DNA of 64,000 nucleotides from an uncultured Phycisphaerales bacterium (GCA_938084645.1 CALKEP010000033.1:1-64000), one strand, 5' to 3'; positions 19,906 to 30,066 are shown, counted from the first letter of the stretch. Notes: a model not told the origin generated them from the sequence alone. Translations and numbers: made by a program.

Positions 19906-20439
19906 ATGCCTGTCTCACTTCTTTTTGCGGCTGCTGAGAACCCCGATCCCATGGCTTCGGAGCCCTGGGTCGCGGGCACGGCGCTCGTGGTCTTCGTGGT
20001 CGCCTTCGGTTTTCTCTATCTCAAGGTCTGGCCCGTCATCACGAAGGGCCTCGACGACCGGAACGACAAGATCCTCGGCGAGATCAAGGCCGCGGAGGAC
20101 GCCCGTTCCCAGGCGAGCCAGGCACTGGCCGATTACGAGAAGAGTCTCGCCGAGGCTCGCGAGCAGGCGCAGCAGACCATCGCCGAGGCCAAGGCCGAAG
20201 CCCAGCGTCTCGGCGACGAGATGAAGGCCGCGAACGAGCGTGAGCTCGCGGAGCGGATGGCCCGGGCCAAGGCGGACATCGAGTCCGCCCGCAAGGCCGC
20301 GGTCGCCGACATCCACGCCAACGCCACCGAACTCGCGGCCGCGGTCGCGGGCAAGATTCTCAAGCGGGAGATCAATCCCGCGGATCAGGCTCGTCTCGTC
20401 GAGGAGAGCCTTCGAGAACTCGACGGCGCCGGCGTCTGA
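19906..20439 (+). CDS. atpF: F0F1 ATP synthase subunit b
   Basis: Single TM then WPVITKGLDDRNDKI and Ala/Glu-rich coiled coil. Confidence 0.93.
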   Translation: MPVSLLFAAAENPDPMASEPWVAGTALVVFVVAFGFLYLKVWPVITKGLDDRNDKILGEIKAAEDARSQASQALADYEKSLAEAREQAQQTIAEAKAEAQRLGDEMKAANERELAERMARAKADIESARKAAVADIHANATELAAAVAGKILKREINPADQARLVEESLRELDGAGV

Positions 20440-20479
20440 CCCTTCTTCGCATTCCTGACCCACGGATCACCACCCGCCC

Positions 20480-21091
20480 ATGACCACCACCTCGGAAACC
20501 GTCGATGCCGTGGCTCGCGTCTACGCACAGAGCCTGCTGGAGCTCGCGGATGCCGCGGGCGGCGACGAGAAGATCGTCGAGACCGGCGGTGAGCTGAGCG
20601 CGATCACGGAGATGATCCGCGGCGACGCGGAGGTCGCGGAGTTCCTTCGATCACCCATCATCGATTCCGAGAAGCGGGCGGAGGCGCTGCGTCGGATCTT
20701 CGAAGGCCGGGTGTCCGATCTGGTGCTTCGGTTCATGCTCGTCCTGAACGGCAAGGGCCGGCTCGGTGAGTTCGGTGCGATGACCTCGGCCTTCGACCAG
20801 CTCGTGAACGAACGAATGGGGCGGGTGGAGGTCGACGTCATGACGGTCGACGGATCACTCGACCCGGACCAGCTCGCGCTGCTCGGCGAGAAGGTCAAGG
20901 CGAAGCTCGGCAAGGAGCCGGTCTTCCATCAGTATGCGGATGATTCGCTGATCGGCGGCCTCGTGCTGCGGGTCGGCGACCAGTTGATCGATGGCTCCGT
21001 GCGGGGGCAGCTCCGCCGGATGCGCGAGGAGCTCCTCGTCGCCGGATCCAGCAGGGTCCGGGCGGGAGCGGACGACTTCCTGGCCGATTGA
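20480..21091 (+). CDS. atpH: F1 ATP synthase delta subunit
   Basis: [27 protein letters not shown]. Confidence 0.93.
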   Translation: MTTTSETVDAVARVYAQSLLELADAAGGDEKIVETGGELSAITEMIRGDAEVAEFLRSPIIDSEKRAEALRRIFEGRVSDLVLRFMLVLNGKGRLGEFGAMTSAFDQLVNERMGRVEVDVMTVDGSLDPDQLALLGEKVKAKLGKEPVFHQYADDSLIGGLVLRVGDQLIDGSVRGQLRRMREELLVAGSSRVRAGADDFLAD

Positions 21092-21234
21092 CCGGGAACG
21101 TCGGGTGCCGATCCGCAGGATCGGCGGTGAGGAACGGTTCGGCGCGTTCGCGTCGGCCACAGGAGACCGGGTCGAATCCCGGTGCGTACGACTTTCACAA
21201 CTGCGCCGGGTCCCGGCGCCTTGCGAGGCTTCCC

Positions 21235-22782
21235 GTGAAGATCAAGTCCGACGAGATCACCTCCGTCATCAAGCAGGAGATCGAGCAGTTCGCGACCGAA
21301 CTGTCCATTTCCGAGGTCGGCCAGGTCGTCGAAGTGGGTGACGGCATCGCCCGTGTCTACGGCCTTTCGAACGTCATGGCCGGCGAACTCCTGGAGTTCC
21401 AGGGCCAGCATGGCACGGTCATGGGCCAGGCGATGAACCTCGAGTCCGACACGGTCGGCGTGGTGCTCTACGGCTCCTCGGTCGGCATCCGCGAAGGCGA
21501 CACCGTTCGCTCCACCGGCCGCCTCCTCGAGGTCCCCGTGGGCGAGGCCCTCCTCGGCCGCGTGGTCAACGCCCTCGGCCAGCCCATCGACGGCGGCCCG
21601 GCCCTTGCGGCCACCGAGACCCGGAAGGTCGACATCGTGGCCCCCGGCATCGCCGCTCGACAGCCGGTGACCGAGCCGATGCAGTTCGGCATCAAGGCGG
21701 TCGACTCGATGATCCCGGTGGGCCGTGGCCAGCGCGAACTCGTCATCGGCGACCGGAAGACGGGCAAGACCGCGGTCTGCCTCGACGCGATCATCAGTCA
21801 GAAGGAATTCTGGGGAACCGAAGACGCCGTGGTGTGCATCTACGTCGCGGTCGGCCAGAAGGAGTCCACCGTCGCCAGCGTGGTCGACTCGCTCCGGGAA
21901 GCCGGTGCGATGGACTACACCATCGTGGTCTCCTCCGGTGCCTCCGACCCCGCCCCGATGCAGTACGTCGCCCCCTACTCGGGCACCGCGATGGCCGAGC
22001 ACTTCATGTGGCAGGGCAAGGAGGGCAAGACGCCCAAGCACGTCCTGTGCGTGTACGACGACCTCTCCAAGCAGGCCGTCGCCTACCGCGAACTCTCGCT
22101 GCTTCTTCGTCGTCCTCCCGGTCGCGAAGCGTATCCCGGCGACGTGTTCTACCTGCACAGTCGTCTGCTCGAACGAGCCACGAAGCTCTCGGATGAGAAC
22201 GGCGGCGGTTCGATCACCTCGCTTCCGATCATCGAGACGCAGGAAGGCGACGTGTCCGCGTACATCCCGACCAACGTGATCTCGATCACCGACGGTCAGA
22301 TCTACCTCCAGCCCGAACTGTTCGCGGCCGGCATCCGGCCCGCGATCAACGTGGGCATCTCGGTGAGTCGCGTGGGTGGCAACGCCCAGATCAAGGCGAT
22401 GAAGGAGATCGCGGGTTCGCTTCGACTCGACCTCGCGGCCTTCCGTGAACTCGAGGCGTTCGCCCAGCTCGGCACCGAGCTCGACCCGTCCTCCCAGCGT
22501 CAGCTGACGCGGGGCCAGCGGATGGCGGAGCTCCTCAAGCAGGGCCAGTTCGTGCCGATGAACGTGATCGACCAGTGCCTCTCGATCTTCGCGGGCACTC
22601 GGGGATTCCTCGACGACGTGGATCTCGAGAAGGTCGCCGCCTTCGAGACCGACCTGCTCGAGTACTTCCGCGGCAAGGGCTCGGCCGTTCGCGAGAAGCT
22701 CGTCGCGGCGAAGAGCTTCAAGGGCATGGAAGACGAGTTCAAGGCCGCCTGTGCGGACTTCAAGGCCAACTGGGCCGGCTGA
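21235..22782 (+). CDS. atpA: F1 ATP synthase alpha subunit
   Basis: [44 protein letters not shown] start inferred. Confidence 0.98.
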   Translation: MKIKSDEITSVIKQEIEQFATELSISEVGQVVEVGDGIARVYGLSNVMAGELLEFQGQHGTVMGQAMNLESDTVGVVLYGSSVGIREGDTVRSTGRLLEVPVGEALLGRVVNALGQPIDGGPALAATETRKVDIVAPGIAARQPVTEPMQFGIKAVDSMIPVGRGQRELVIGDRKTGKTAVCLDAIISQKEFWGTEDAVVCIYVAVGQKESTVASVVDSLREAGAMDYTIVVSSGASDPAPMQYVAPYSGTAMAEHFMWQGKEGKTPKHVLCVYDDLSKQAVAYRELSLLLRRPPGREAYPGDVFYLHSRLLERATKLSDENGGGSITSLPIIETQEGDVSAYIPTNVISITDGQIYLQPELFAAGIRPAINVGISVSRVGGNAQIKAMKEIAGSLRLDLAAFRELEAFAQLGTELDPSSQRQLTRGQRMAELLKQGQFVPMNVIDQCLSIFAGTRGFLDDVDLEKVAAFETDLLEYFRGKGSAVREKLVAAKSFKGMEDEFKAACADFKANWAG

Positions 22783-22814
22783 GCAGGCTTCCTCCTCCCG
22801 TTCCGTCCGATCTT

Positions 22815-22843
22815 CGCGGCCGCACCCATCGGGTGCGGCCGCG
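22815..22843 (+). terminator. Probable terminator after atpA
   Basis: 13-bp stem CGCGGCCGCACCC-ATC-GGGTGCGGCCGCG. Confidence 0.6.
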
Positions 22844-22962
22844 TTCGGTTGAATCCCGTCTTCGGCGGTGGGAATCGGCGGCGGAGGTGCAACCCTCGAG
22901 GGGTGAATCCGAACAACGTCGTGCCTCGTCGAACCCGAGGCCCGCGCAGGCCGCGCGGAATC

Positions 22963-23235
22963 ATGAACCGGAGTCACCCGATGCGTCGAACCGCGGACGA
23001 TGGAATTCACGGGAATCGCGGATGGTCGCAGGTGGGTCTGCTCGCCAGCGGCGTCGCGTGTTCGATGCTGTTCGCCGTCGTCGGCCCGGGCTGCGTCGCC
23101 GCCAATGATCTGTCGGGGGAACGCGTGCCGACGAGATCCGAGGAGATCGAGGATCTGGATCGTGCTCGTGCCGCCGGGGCGATCGACGAAGCCGACTACC
23201 TCGAACTCCGCCGTTCATTCATACTCGCCGACTGA
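22963..23235 (+). CDS. Small putative lipoprotein with SHOCT-like C-terminus
   Basis: Hydrophobic stretch ending GPGC; EIEDLDRARAAGAIDEADY. Confidence 0.55.
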   Translation: MNRSHPMRRTADDGIHGNRGWSQVGLLASGVACSMLFAVVGPGCVAANDLSGERVPTRSEEIEDLDRARAAGAIDEADYLELRRSFILAD

Positions 23236-23268
23236 CCGTTCTGAAATCGAAATCTGGGGTACAGACCG

Positions 23269-23508
23269 ATGAACCGAAATCACCCGCGCCGCTTCGCCCT
23301 CGCCTCGACCGCCATCATGCTCGCCGGACTCGGTGGGTGCGTCGTGGGGAACAACTCCAAGCTCCAGCGTCCCACGATCGGGCAGGAGTTGATCGATCTT
23401 CAGAAGGCCCGGGATTCCGGAGCGATCGACGAGACGGAATACGATCGGACCCGGACCCGCATCCTCGACGGGGCCGGCGTGTCCTCCAGGCCGGCGCCCG
23501 AGGCCTGA
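23269..23508 (+). CDS. Small lipoprotein with SHOCT domain
   Basis: Lipobox LGGC; PTIGQELIDLQKARDSGAIDETEY. Confidence 0.75.
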   Translation: MNRNHPRRFALASTAIMLAGLGGCVVGNNSKLQRPTIGQELIDLQKARDSGAIDETEYDRTRTRILDGAGVSSRPAPEA

Positions 23509-23640
23509 AGCGGAGCACGGGGCCATCGCGTCGGGTCTCCTGCACGCATCTCTTCGAAGCATCCCGGTGGCGCGTGGCGTCGAGCCCCGGCCCGTGCACG
23601 GCCTCTGCTATCTTCCGGTGGACCTCCCGGAGTACCGCCG

Positions 23641-24264
23641 ATGAATCCGCCCCGGCAACACTGGAACGACGTCTGGTCGAGCAAGGCCCACGCGGAGGTC
23701 AGCTGGTACCAGGAGGATCCCCGCATCTCGCTGGCCATCATGGAACGTCTGGGGATCGATGCCGGTGACGACGTGATCGACGTGGGATGCGGTGCATCGC
23801 ATCTCGCGGATCGACTCGTCGGGCGCGGGGTGCGTGAACTGCACCTGCTCGACGTCTCCGTCGCCGCGCTGGACCAGGTCCGGACCCGGATCGGTTCGAT
23901 CGAATCGAGCACCCGGGTCCGATGTCACGCCACCGACGTCCTCGAACTCGATCCGGTGCCGACGGTTTCGCTCTGGCACGACCGGGCGGTGCTTCATTTT
24001 CTCGATGATGTGGAGCGGCGGGAACGCTATGCCGCCGTCGCGGCGACGGCGGTGCGTCCGGACGGCCACCTCGTGGTCGGCGGCTTCGCCCCCGACGGCC
24101 CGGAGCGTTGCAGCGATCTCGAGGTGCGACGCGCCGGAGCCGACGAGCTCGAGGCGCTCTTCTCGCCCGCGTTCGTCCTGGAGGCGTCGGAGCGGGAACT
24201 TCACGAGACGCCGTGGGGCGCTGTCCAGTCCTTTCAGTGGTGCGTCTTCCGGCGAGCCGTCTGA
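23641..24264 (+). CDS. Class I SAM-dependent methyltransferase
   Basis: VSWYQ, IDVGCGAS, LDVS, WHDRAVLHFL, GPERCS. Confidence 0.88.
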   Translation: MNPPRQHWNDVWSSKAHAEVSWYQEDPRISLAIMERLGIDAGDDVIDVGCGASHLADRLVGRGVRELHLLDVSVAALDQVRTRIGSIESSTRVRCHATDVLELDPVPTVSLWHDRAVLHFLDDVERRERYAAVAATAVRPDGHLVVGGFAPDGPERCSDLEVRRAGADELEALFSPAFVLEASERELHETPWGAVQSFQWCVFRRAV

Positions 24265-24294
24265 CGCGCCGCCGTTCGCCGTTCGGGAGCCTTC

Positions 24295-24717
24295 ATGGAA
24301 CACGTCGCCACGCTGCCTCCGGTCATCGGACTCCAACTCGTCGACGAGCTTCATGCCGCCGGGATCCCGGCCGAGACGACCGACATGGCCCCGGGCGTCG
24401 GCGCAGCGGTCTACCCCGGTCTCCTCGAAGCGACGTTGACGGTGTGGGTTCGTGACGCGGACGACCTGGTCCGGGCGCAGGCGGTGTTGGAGCGGATGCA
24501 GGCGTCGTTCCCGGAGGACGACGTCGACGGGTTCGAGGAGGACGACGCTTCGTCGCCCCACGAGGTCGACCCGCCACGTCCCGAGCCGTCGGCGGTCTCC
24601 CGACGTCGTCGCGTCGCGCATCTCGCGGTGCTCCTGCTCTGGATGGGGCCGCCGGCGATCATCATCCTGCTGGGGCTGCTGCTTGTCTCGTTGTTCGCCA
24701 TCGGAGGCGGCGGATGA
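24295..24717 (+). CDS. Hypothetical membrane-anchored protein (DUF2007-like N-terminus)
   Basis: LHAAGIPA...VWVRDADDLVRA pattern; C-terminal TM helix. Confidence 0.5.
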   Translation: MEHVATLPPVIGLQLVDELHAAGIPAETTDMAPGVGAAVYPGLLEATLTVWVRDADDLVRAQAVLERMQASFPEDDVDGFEEDDASSPHEVDPPRPEPSAVSRRRRVAHLAVLLLWMGPPAIIILLGLLLVSLFAIGGGG

Positions 24718-25652
24718 GTCGATCGCCGACTGGTGTCGACCACGGGCTCACGCACTGCGCGATCGAATGTCGGGAGCTCGACCGGACCATCCGGTTCTAC
24801 GCCCGCTTCGGTGGATTCGAAGTCGTCCATCGACGGCCCGGCATCGCGTGGATCAGCGATCGAACCCGCCCCTTCGCGGTGGTGCTCGTCGAGGGCGACG
24901 AGGTGCGTCCGCTCGGACCGTTCGCCCACCTGGGACATGCCTGTCGGGACCACGCCGACTTCGAGCGACTGATCGAGGAGGCTCGTGCGGCCGGCGTCCT
25001 CCGGGAAGGGCCTCACGTGGGCGACGGACCCGCTGGAACCTGGGCCTTTCTCGACGATCCCGACGGCAACACCTTCGAGCTCTCGGTGGGACAGGCGGTG
25101 GAAGTGGCGGTCGCCGGTGGCTCGCCACGGAAGGGGCCGGTGCGTCGACCGGTGGTCGGCGTGATGGGCAGCGGTGATGATCCGCACGTCGAGATCGCGG
25201 AGCCGCTCGGCCGGGCGATCGCGCGATCCGGATGGAATCTGCTGACCGGAGGCGGGGGTGGTGTGATGACCTCGGTCGCCCGTGGTTTCACCGGTCGGCA
25301 TCCTCGGGCCGGGGTGCATCTGGGCATTCTCCGGGGCGACGCCGCGGGTGAGCCGCTCCCGGGATACCCGAACGAATTCGTGGAGATTCCGATCGCGACG
25401 CACCTGCCCGGTGGTGAGCTCGAGTCCGACAGTCGGAATCACCTCAACATCCTCACTTCGACGGTGGTGCTCGCCCTTCCGGGTCGAGTGGGCACCCGGG
25501 CGGAAATCGAATTGTCGATTCGCTACGGTCGCCCGATCGCCGTCCATGCATTCTGGCATGATGCGTTTCCAGACCTGCCCCGCTTCGACGAGGTCGACGC
25601 CGCGATCGGATTCGCGGATCGAGCCGTGGGCCGGGGAAGCGACGAGGATTGA
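24714..25652 (+). CDS. VOC/glyoxalase domain fused to SLOG (LOG/DprA-like) domain
   Basis: N-term LTHCAI...FAHLG...DPDGNTFELS; C-term VGVMGSG, LLTGGGGGVM, SRNHLN, PGRVGTRAE. Confidence 0.8.
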   Translation: MSRSPTGVDHGLTHCAIECRELDRTIRFYARFGGFEVVHRRPGIAWISDRTRPFAVVLVEGDEVRPLGPFAHLGHACRDHADFERLIEEARAAGVLREGPHVGDGPAGTWAFLDDPDGNTFELSVGQAVEVAVAGGSPRKGPVRRPVVGVMGSGDDPHVEIAEPLGRAIARSGWNLLTGGGGGVMTSVARGFTGRHPRAGVHLGILRGDAAGEPLPGYPNEFVEIPIATHLPGGELESDSRNHLNILTSTVVLALPGRVGTRAEIELSIRYGRPIAVHAFWHDAFPDLPRFDEVDAAIGFADRAVGRGSDED

Positions 25653-25653
25653 A

Positions 25654-26010
25654 ATGCCGACGGTTCGATTTCAGGGACGGGCGACGATCTGCAAGCCGGG
25701 AACGGCGCTTCGAGACGCACTTCTCGACGCGGGCATGACGCCTCATCACACCGCCGTCTCCATCCTCAACTGTCACGGGCTGGGGACCTGCGGCACCTGC
25801 GCCGTGCAGGTCGACGGCGCCGCGGACGCGACGTCGCCGCCGACCGCGCGGGAGCGATGGCGGCTCGGTCTTCCCCCGCATCGACGCGATGCCGGACTCC
25901 GCCTCGCCTGCCAGTGTCGGATCAACGGTGACGTCGAGGTTCGCAAGCACCGTGGCGTCTGGGGCCAGGGAGCCCCGGACGCGGGTGCGTCCGAATCAGG
26001 GATCCGATAG
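25654..26010 (+). CDS. 2Fe-2S ferredoxin
   Basis: NCHGLGTCGTC and RLACQ. Confidence 0.88.
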   Translation: MPTVRFQGRATICKPGTALRDALLDAGMTPHHTAVSILNCHGLGTCGTCAVQVDGAADATSPPTARERWRLGLPPHRRDAGLRLACQCRINGDVEVRKHRGVWGQGAPDAGASESGIR

Positions 26011-26039
26011 GCTCAGGCATCCCCCACGGAGATTCTTCC

Positions 26040-26609
26040 ATGGCAAGATTGATTCTTGGCGTGTTCGTTGGATTCGTCCTGATGTCGGTCATCGCCTTCC
26101 CGCTCGGTGAGACCGCCCCGGCGATGGTCGGGGATCGATACTCGGATGCGCAGACCGGCATGGTCACGTCGTGGTACATCTTCGTGGTGCAGTGGCCGAT
26201 CGCGTTGATGACCTCGGTGGTTTCGGGGATCGTCGCAGCGCTGATCGCAGGTCGTGAGGCCCGGGACTCGGCGATCAGGACGTTGGCGATGATCTTCATC
26301 GCGATCGGTCTCTTCTCCGCCGTGCTCACCTTCGTCGCCGACCTGCGCGGCGGCGAGTCGGAGGTCACCATGGCGGAGGCGACCGGCGAGGACATCGTCG
26401 AAGGCGAGATCGCCGGTCAGGTCGCCCGCGCGGAGGCCGACGGCGAGACCGATGCGGTCGCGGTGGAGACCGTGGCCAGGCAGCCTTTCTGGAACCTGAT
26501 CTCGCTGCCCTTCGTCACCGGGCTCGGCATCATCCTCGGTGGCGGACTGCTTTCGGGCGGCCCCGCCGGGCGAGAGAGCGCCGGCCTCGGATCCGGCGGC
26601 GGATCGTGA
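26040..26609 (+). CDS. Hypothetical membrane protein
   Basis: Four hydrophobic segments; GGAG upstream of ATG. Confidence 0.6.
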   Translation: MARLILGVFVGFVLMSVIAFPLGETAPAMVGDRYSDAQTGMVTSWYIFVVQWPIALMTSVVSGIVAALIAGREARDSAIRTLAMIFIAIGLFSAVLTFVADLRGGESEVTMAEATGEDIVEGEIAGQVARAEADGETDAVAVETVARQPFWNLISLPFVTGLGIILGGGLLSGGPAGRESAGLGSGGGS

Positions 26610-26613
26610 CGCG

Positions 26614-27573
26614 ATGATCGTCTCCGCGTCGTCGGTCGAGGAACAGTTTCGAGCGATGTTCGAACGGGTGTGCGTCACGGGCGGGGCCGGGTTCATCGGC
26701 TCCCATCTCGTCGACGGACTCCGGCGTGCGGGCGCGACGGTCGTGGTGCTCGATGATCTCTCGACCGGCCGTAGAGAGAATCTCGCGCACCACGCCGACG
26801 GCGTCGATTTCGTCGAGGGATCGATCGGCGACGCGACCGCACGCGAGGACGCGGTGGCCGGATGCGATCTGGTGATGCATCTGGCGAGCCGGGTTTCGGT
26901 GGCCGAAAGCATGTCGGAACCCGAGCTGTACCGACGCGTGGTGGGAACGGGTACCCGCGAGATGCTGGAATCAGCAGTCGCCGCGGGCGCGCGGCGACTG
27001 GTGCTCGCGGGAAGTTGCAGCGTGTACGGAGACGCTCCGCCGCCGATCTCCGAGGCCACGACCCCGGCACCGGCGTCGCCGTACGCCGAGGCCAAGCTCG
27101 TCGCGGAGTCCCACTGTCGAGCCTTCGCGGAGGCCGGCCGGATCGCCACGATCTGTCCCCGGTTCTTCAACGTGTACGGCCCGCGTCAACGAGCCGACTC
27201 CCCGTATTCCGGCGTGATCGCGATCTTCGCGGCGCTGGCGGCCCGAGGCGAGACGCCGGTGATCTTCGGCGATGGACGGCAGACTCGAGACTTCATTCAT
27301 GTCGAGGACGTGGTCCGCGGACTCATGCTTGCGGCGATGGCGACCGACACCCATGGCGGTGAGGCCGTGAACTTCGGAACCGGTCGTGGCACCGATCTGC
27401 TGGAACTGGCCCGCGTACTTCGGGCCGGACCGCCGAGATTCGAAGCGGCGCGGGACGGCGACATCCGGCACAGCATCGCGGACCCCGGGCGGGCGGCCAG
27501 GCTGCTTGGATTCGAGACGGAGATCGATCTGGCCACGGGACTCTCGAGCATCGGCCATCGCCCGACGTCCTGA
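26614..27573 (+). CDS. NAD-dependent nucleotide-sugar epimerase/dehydratase
   Basis: VTGGAGFIGSH, YAEAK (YxxxK), FNVYGPRQ, GDGRQTRDF; start may be 26656. Confidence 0.92.
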   Translation: MIVSASSVEEQFRAMFERVCVTGGAGFIGSHLVDGLRRAGATVVVLDDLSTGRRENLAHHADGVDFVEGSIGDATAREDAVAGCDLVMHLASRVSVAESMSEPELYRRVVGTGTREMLESAVAAGARRLVLAGSCSVYGDAPPPISEATTPAPASPYAEAKLVAESHCRAFAEAGRIATICPRFFNVYGPRQRADSPYSGVIAIFAALAARGETPVIFGDGRQTRDFIHVEDVVRGLMLAAMATDTHGGEAVNFGTGRGTDLLELARVLRAGPPRFEAARDGDIRHSIADPGRAARLLGFETEIDLATGLSSIGHRPTS

Positions 27574-27580
27574 GGCCGGT

Positions 27581-28111
27581 TCAGTCCTCGATCTCCTCCA
27601 GGAGATCCCGTTCGATCTCGACGGAGGCGCCGCGTCCCAGGATCTCCACATGGAGGACCAGGCACGTTCGTCGCGCCTCTTCCACCACCACGCCCTCGAT
27701 GCCGAGCAGCGGCCCCTTGGTCACCCGGGCCCGCGCACCGATCGCGAGTCGCGGAAACTCCTCGACCTCGAAGCCGCCTTCGAGGGCTCGATGGATGGCC
27801 TCGAGCTCCCGCTGCAGGCCGTCCTGGTCGTTGACCTCGATGAAGCTGGCGACCCGCTTGGTCGCGATCGCGTCATAGGCGTCCTGCTTCTCGCCCTTCA
27901 GGAACACGTAGCTCGAGAAGAGCGGCACTTCGGAGCGATGCTTTCGACCGCGGGTGACCGTGATGCGTTCGACGAGCGGCAGGTCGTGTTCGATCCCCGA
28001 CGCGGCGAGGAACTTCGCGACCGCCTTCTCCTGTCGAGCCCGGACGTGCAGCACCATCCATCGGCGGTCGACGGGGGTGTGGACGGAGGGTGTGGACGGC
28101 GATTCCGGCAT
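27581..28111 (-). CDS. NusG paralogue (UpxY/RfaH-like antiterminator)
   Basis: WMVLHVRARQEK, VPLFSSYVF, KOW GPLLGIEG. Confidence 0.88.
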   Translation of the reverse strand: MPESPSTPSVHTPVDRRWMVLHVRARQEKAVAKFLAASGIEHDLPLVERITVTRGRKHRSEVPLFSSYVFLKGEKQDAYDAIATKRVASFIEVNDQDGLQRELEAIHRALEGGFEVEEFPRLAIGARARVTKGPLLGIEGVVVEEARRTCLVLHVEILGRGASVEIERDLLEEIED

Positions 28112-28122
28112 GCCGGGAGAGT

Positions 28123-29478
28123 CTACGCTTCAATCGGGGTTCGGTGAAGCACCACGAGGGTCTGATCGTCCTCTCGAGGCCGATCGCCCTCGAACTCGTG
28201 AACGGCCCCTTCGATCCGATCGAGGGTGCACCGGGCGTCGCCGGGACACTGCATCATCGCCGCTTCGATTCCCTCATCGCCCAGCATGGATCCGTCCGGC
28301 GCTCGGGCCTCGAGGATGCCGTCGGTGAAGAGGACGAGCGTCTCGTCGGGCTCGATCACGATCTCGGCCGCCTCGAACTCCAGCGTCTCGAGAATCCCCA
28401 GCGGCGGGCCCCCGACCGAATCCAGTCTCTTGATGCGGGGTTCGTCCGTCACGTCCGCCACCCGGAGCAAGGCGGGTGGATGTCCGCACCGGACGTAGCG
28501 GAAGTCCCCGGTGACGGGATCGAGAATCGCCGTGATGGCGGTGACGAAGTCGCCGGTCGTCTGCCATCGAGCGAGGTAGCCATTGATTCTGCCGGCCATG
28601 GCTGCGGGTTCGAGGTCGACGCAGTCGGCGGAATGGAAGACCGCGTGCGTCATGGCCGCCATCACCGCGGCGGCGGGTCCGTGGCCGGAGGCATCGGCCA
28701 CGAGAATCGCGATTCGATCGTCCTCGAGGCGACGCACCGTCCAGAGGTCGCCACCCGCGACGTCGCTGGTCTCGAAGCGTCCGGCGAGCGACCAGCCGGG
28801 AATCTCGGGCACGGTTCGCGGCATGAACGAACGCTGGATCGCCGCGATGCGATCGACTTCCCGGTGCATCGCGTCGTTCGCCGACCGGGCCTCCTCCTTC
28901 GCCCGAAGCTGACGGACCGTGCCCCCCATGAGATTCGCGCGAAGGGTGCGTTCGGCGAGTTCCTCGATCGACATCCCCTCGGGGGCCTCCTTGAAGTAGA
29001 CGACCCAGTTCTGAGGCTGTCCGTCGTCGAGGAGCGGAATCGCGATCGCGGACCTGAATCGCCGAAGGGACTTCCCGAGCACCGGATCGTCGAGGATCTC
29101 CAGGTCGCGGTGCAGCGAGACCTCGCCGGTCCGAACCAGGTCCGACAGGAAGCCGGTGTCGTGGATCGGAATGTCGTGTCGGCCGCTCCACGTGTCGACC
29201 GGGCGCTCGAGTCCGTCGAGGCTGTCCACCGCGAGCCGGGTGATGCGGTACCGGCCGGGTTCGAGATCCCGGGTCGAGAGCGAGACCAGGCCGTCGACAG
29301 GTGCCGTGAAGAAGGGGTCGCGGCGGACCAGCGGCATGACGTCTTCGGGGCGGGTCACTCGGCTCAACGCCGAGAGCGTGTCGATCAGGTCCGTGAGGCG
29401 GGGCTCCGAACGAAGATCGACGGGGCGACTTCGCCAGGTCGCCGCAGTCGTGTCGGGTGGATCCGGGATTGGAATCAA
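28123..29478 (-). CDS. PP2C/SpoIIE family Ser/Thr phosphatase with N-terminal sensor (GAF-like) region
   Basis: AGGD, DASGHG, CGHP, FTDG, EDDQT; TTG start inferred from GGAG 6 nt upstream. Confidence 0.88.
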   Translation of the reverse strand: MIPIPDPPDTTAATWRSRPVDLRSEPRLTDLIDTLSALSRVTRPEDVMPLVRRDPFFTAPVDGLVSLSTRDLEPGRYRITRLAVDSLDGLERPVDTWSGRHDIPIHDTGFLSDLVRTGEVSLHRDLEILDDPVLGKSLRRFRSAIAIPLLDDGQPQNWVVYFKEAPEGMSIEELAERTLRANLMGGTVRQLRAKEEARSANDAMHREVDRIAAIQRSFMPRTVPEIPGWSLAGRFETSDVAGGDLWTVRRLEDDRIAILVADASGHGPAAAVMAAMTHAVFHSADCVDLEPAAMAGRINGYLARWQTTGDFVTAITAILDPVTGDFRYVRCGHPPALLRVADVTDEPRIKRLDSVGGPPLGILETLEFEAAEIVIEPDETLVLFTDGILEARAPDGSMLGDEGIEAAMMQCPGDARCTLDRIEGAVHEFEGDRPREDDQTLVVLHRTPIEA

Positions 29479-29583
29479 GGTGGGCTCCGTCGTGTACGTC
29501 GTGACCTTCTCGGGGACGTGAGAGGGTAGGCTGTCGACGGACGTCCGTGTCGACCTTTCCCGATCTCGACCTTGGAGCATTCG

Positions 29584-30033
29584 ATGAACCGTGAACTGAT
29601 GTTGCAAGGCCTCGACGAAGCGATTCGCATGGCCGAAAAGGGGTGGTCCGAGGGTGGCATTCCGATCGGGTCGGCGCTGATGACGGAGTCGGGCGAAATC
29701 GTCTCGAGCGGTCACAACGAGCGCGTCCAGACCGGCGACCCGACCGCGCACGCCGAGATGGTCTGTCTCCGCAAGGCCGGCCGGCGTCGCGACTGGTCGG
29801 AACTGACGTTGGTCTCCACCCTGAGTCCCTGTTCGATGTGCACGGGGACCGCCGTCCTCTACAAGGTGCGTCGAGTGGTCATCGGTGAGAACGGCACCTT
29901 CATGGGCGCCGAGCACTGGTTGAAGGAATCGGGAATCGAAGCCCACGTCATGCACGATTCGAGGTGCATCGCCCTGATGGAACGACTCCAGCGCGAGAAG
30001 CCCGATCTCTGGGCCGAGGACATCGGCGAGTGA
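29584..30033 (+). CDS. Nucleoside/cytosine deaminase
   Basis: GGIPIGS, HAE, PCSMC zinc motifs. Confidence 0.9.
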   Translation: MNRELMLQGLDEAIRMAEKGWSEGGIPIGSALMTESGEIVSSGHNERVQTGDPTAHAEMVCLRKAGRRRDWSELTLVSTLSPCSMCTGTAVLYKVRRVVIGENGTFMGAEHWLKESGIEAHVMHDSRCIALMERLQREKPDLWAEDIGE

Positions 30034-30066
30034 GTGATCGCCGCCACGTTCGACTTCCGTGAAAGA

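Noticed and set aside
21165..21183. ACCGGG-TCGAAT-CCCGGT, resembling a tRNA T-arm
   Set aside because: No acceptor stem, D-arm or anticodon arm could be built; it is an intergenic hairpin between atpH and atpA
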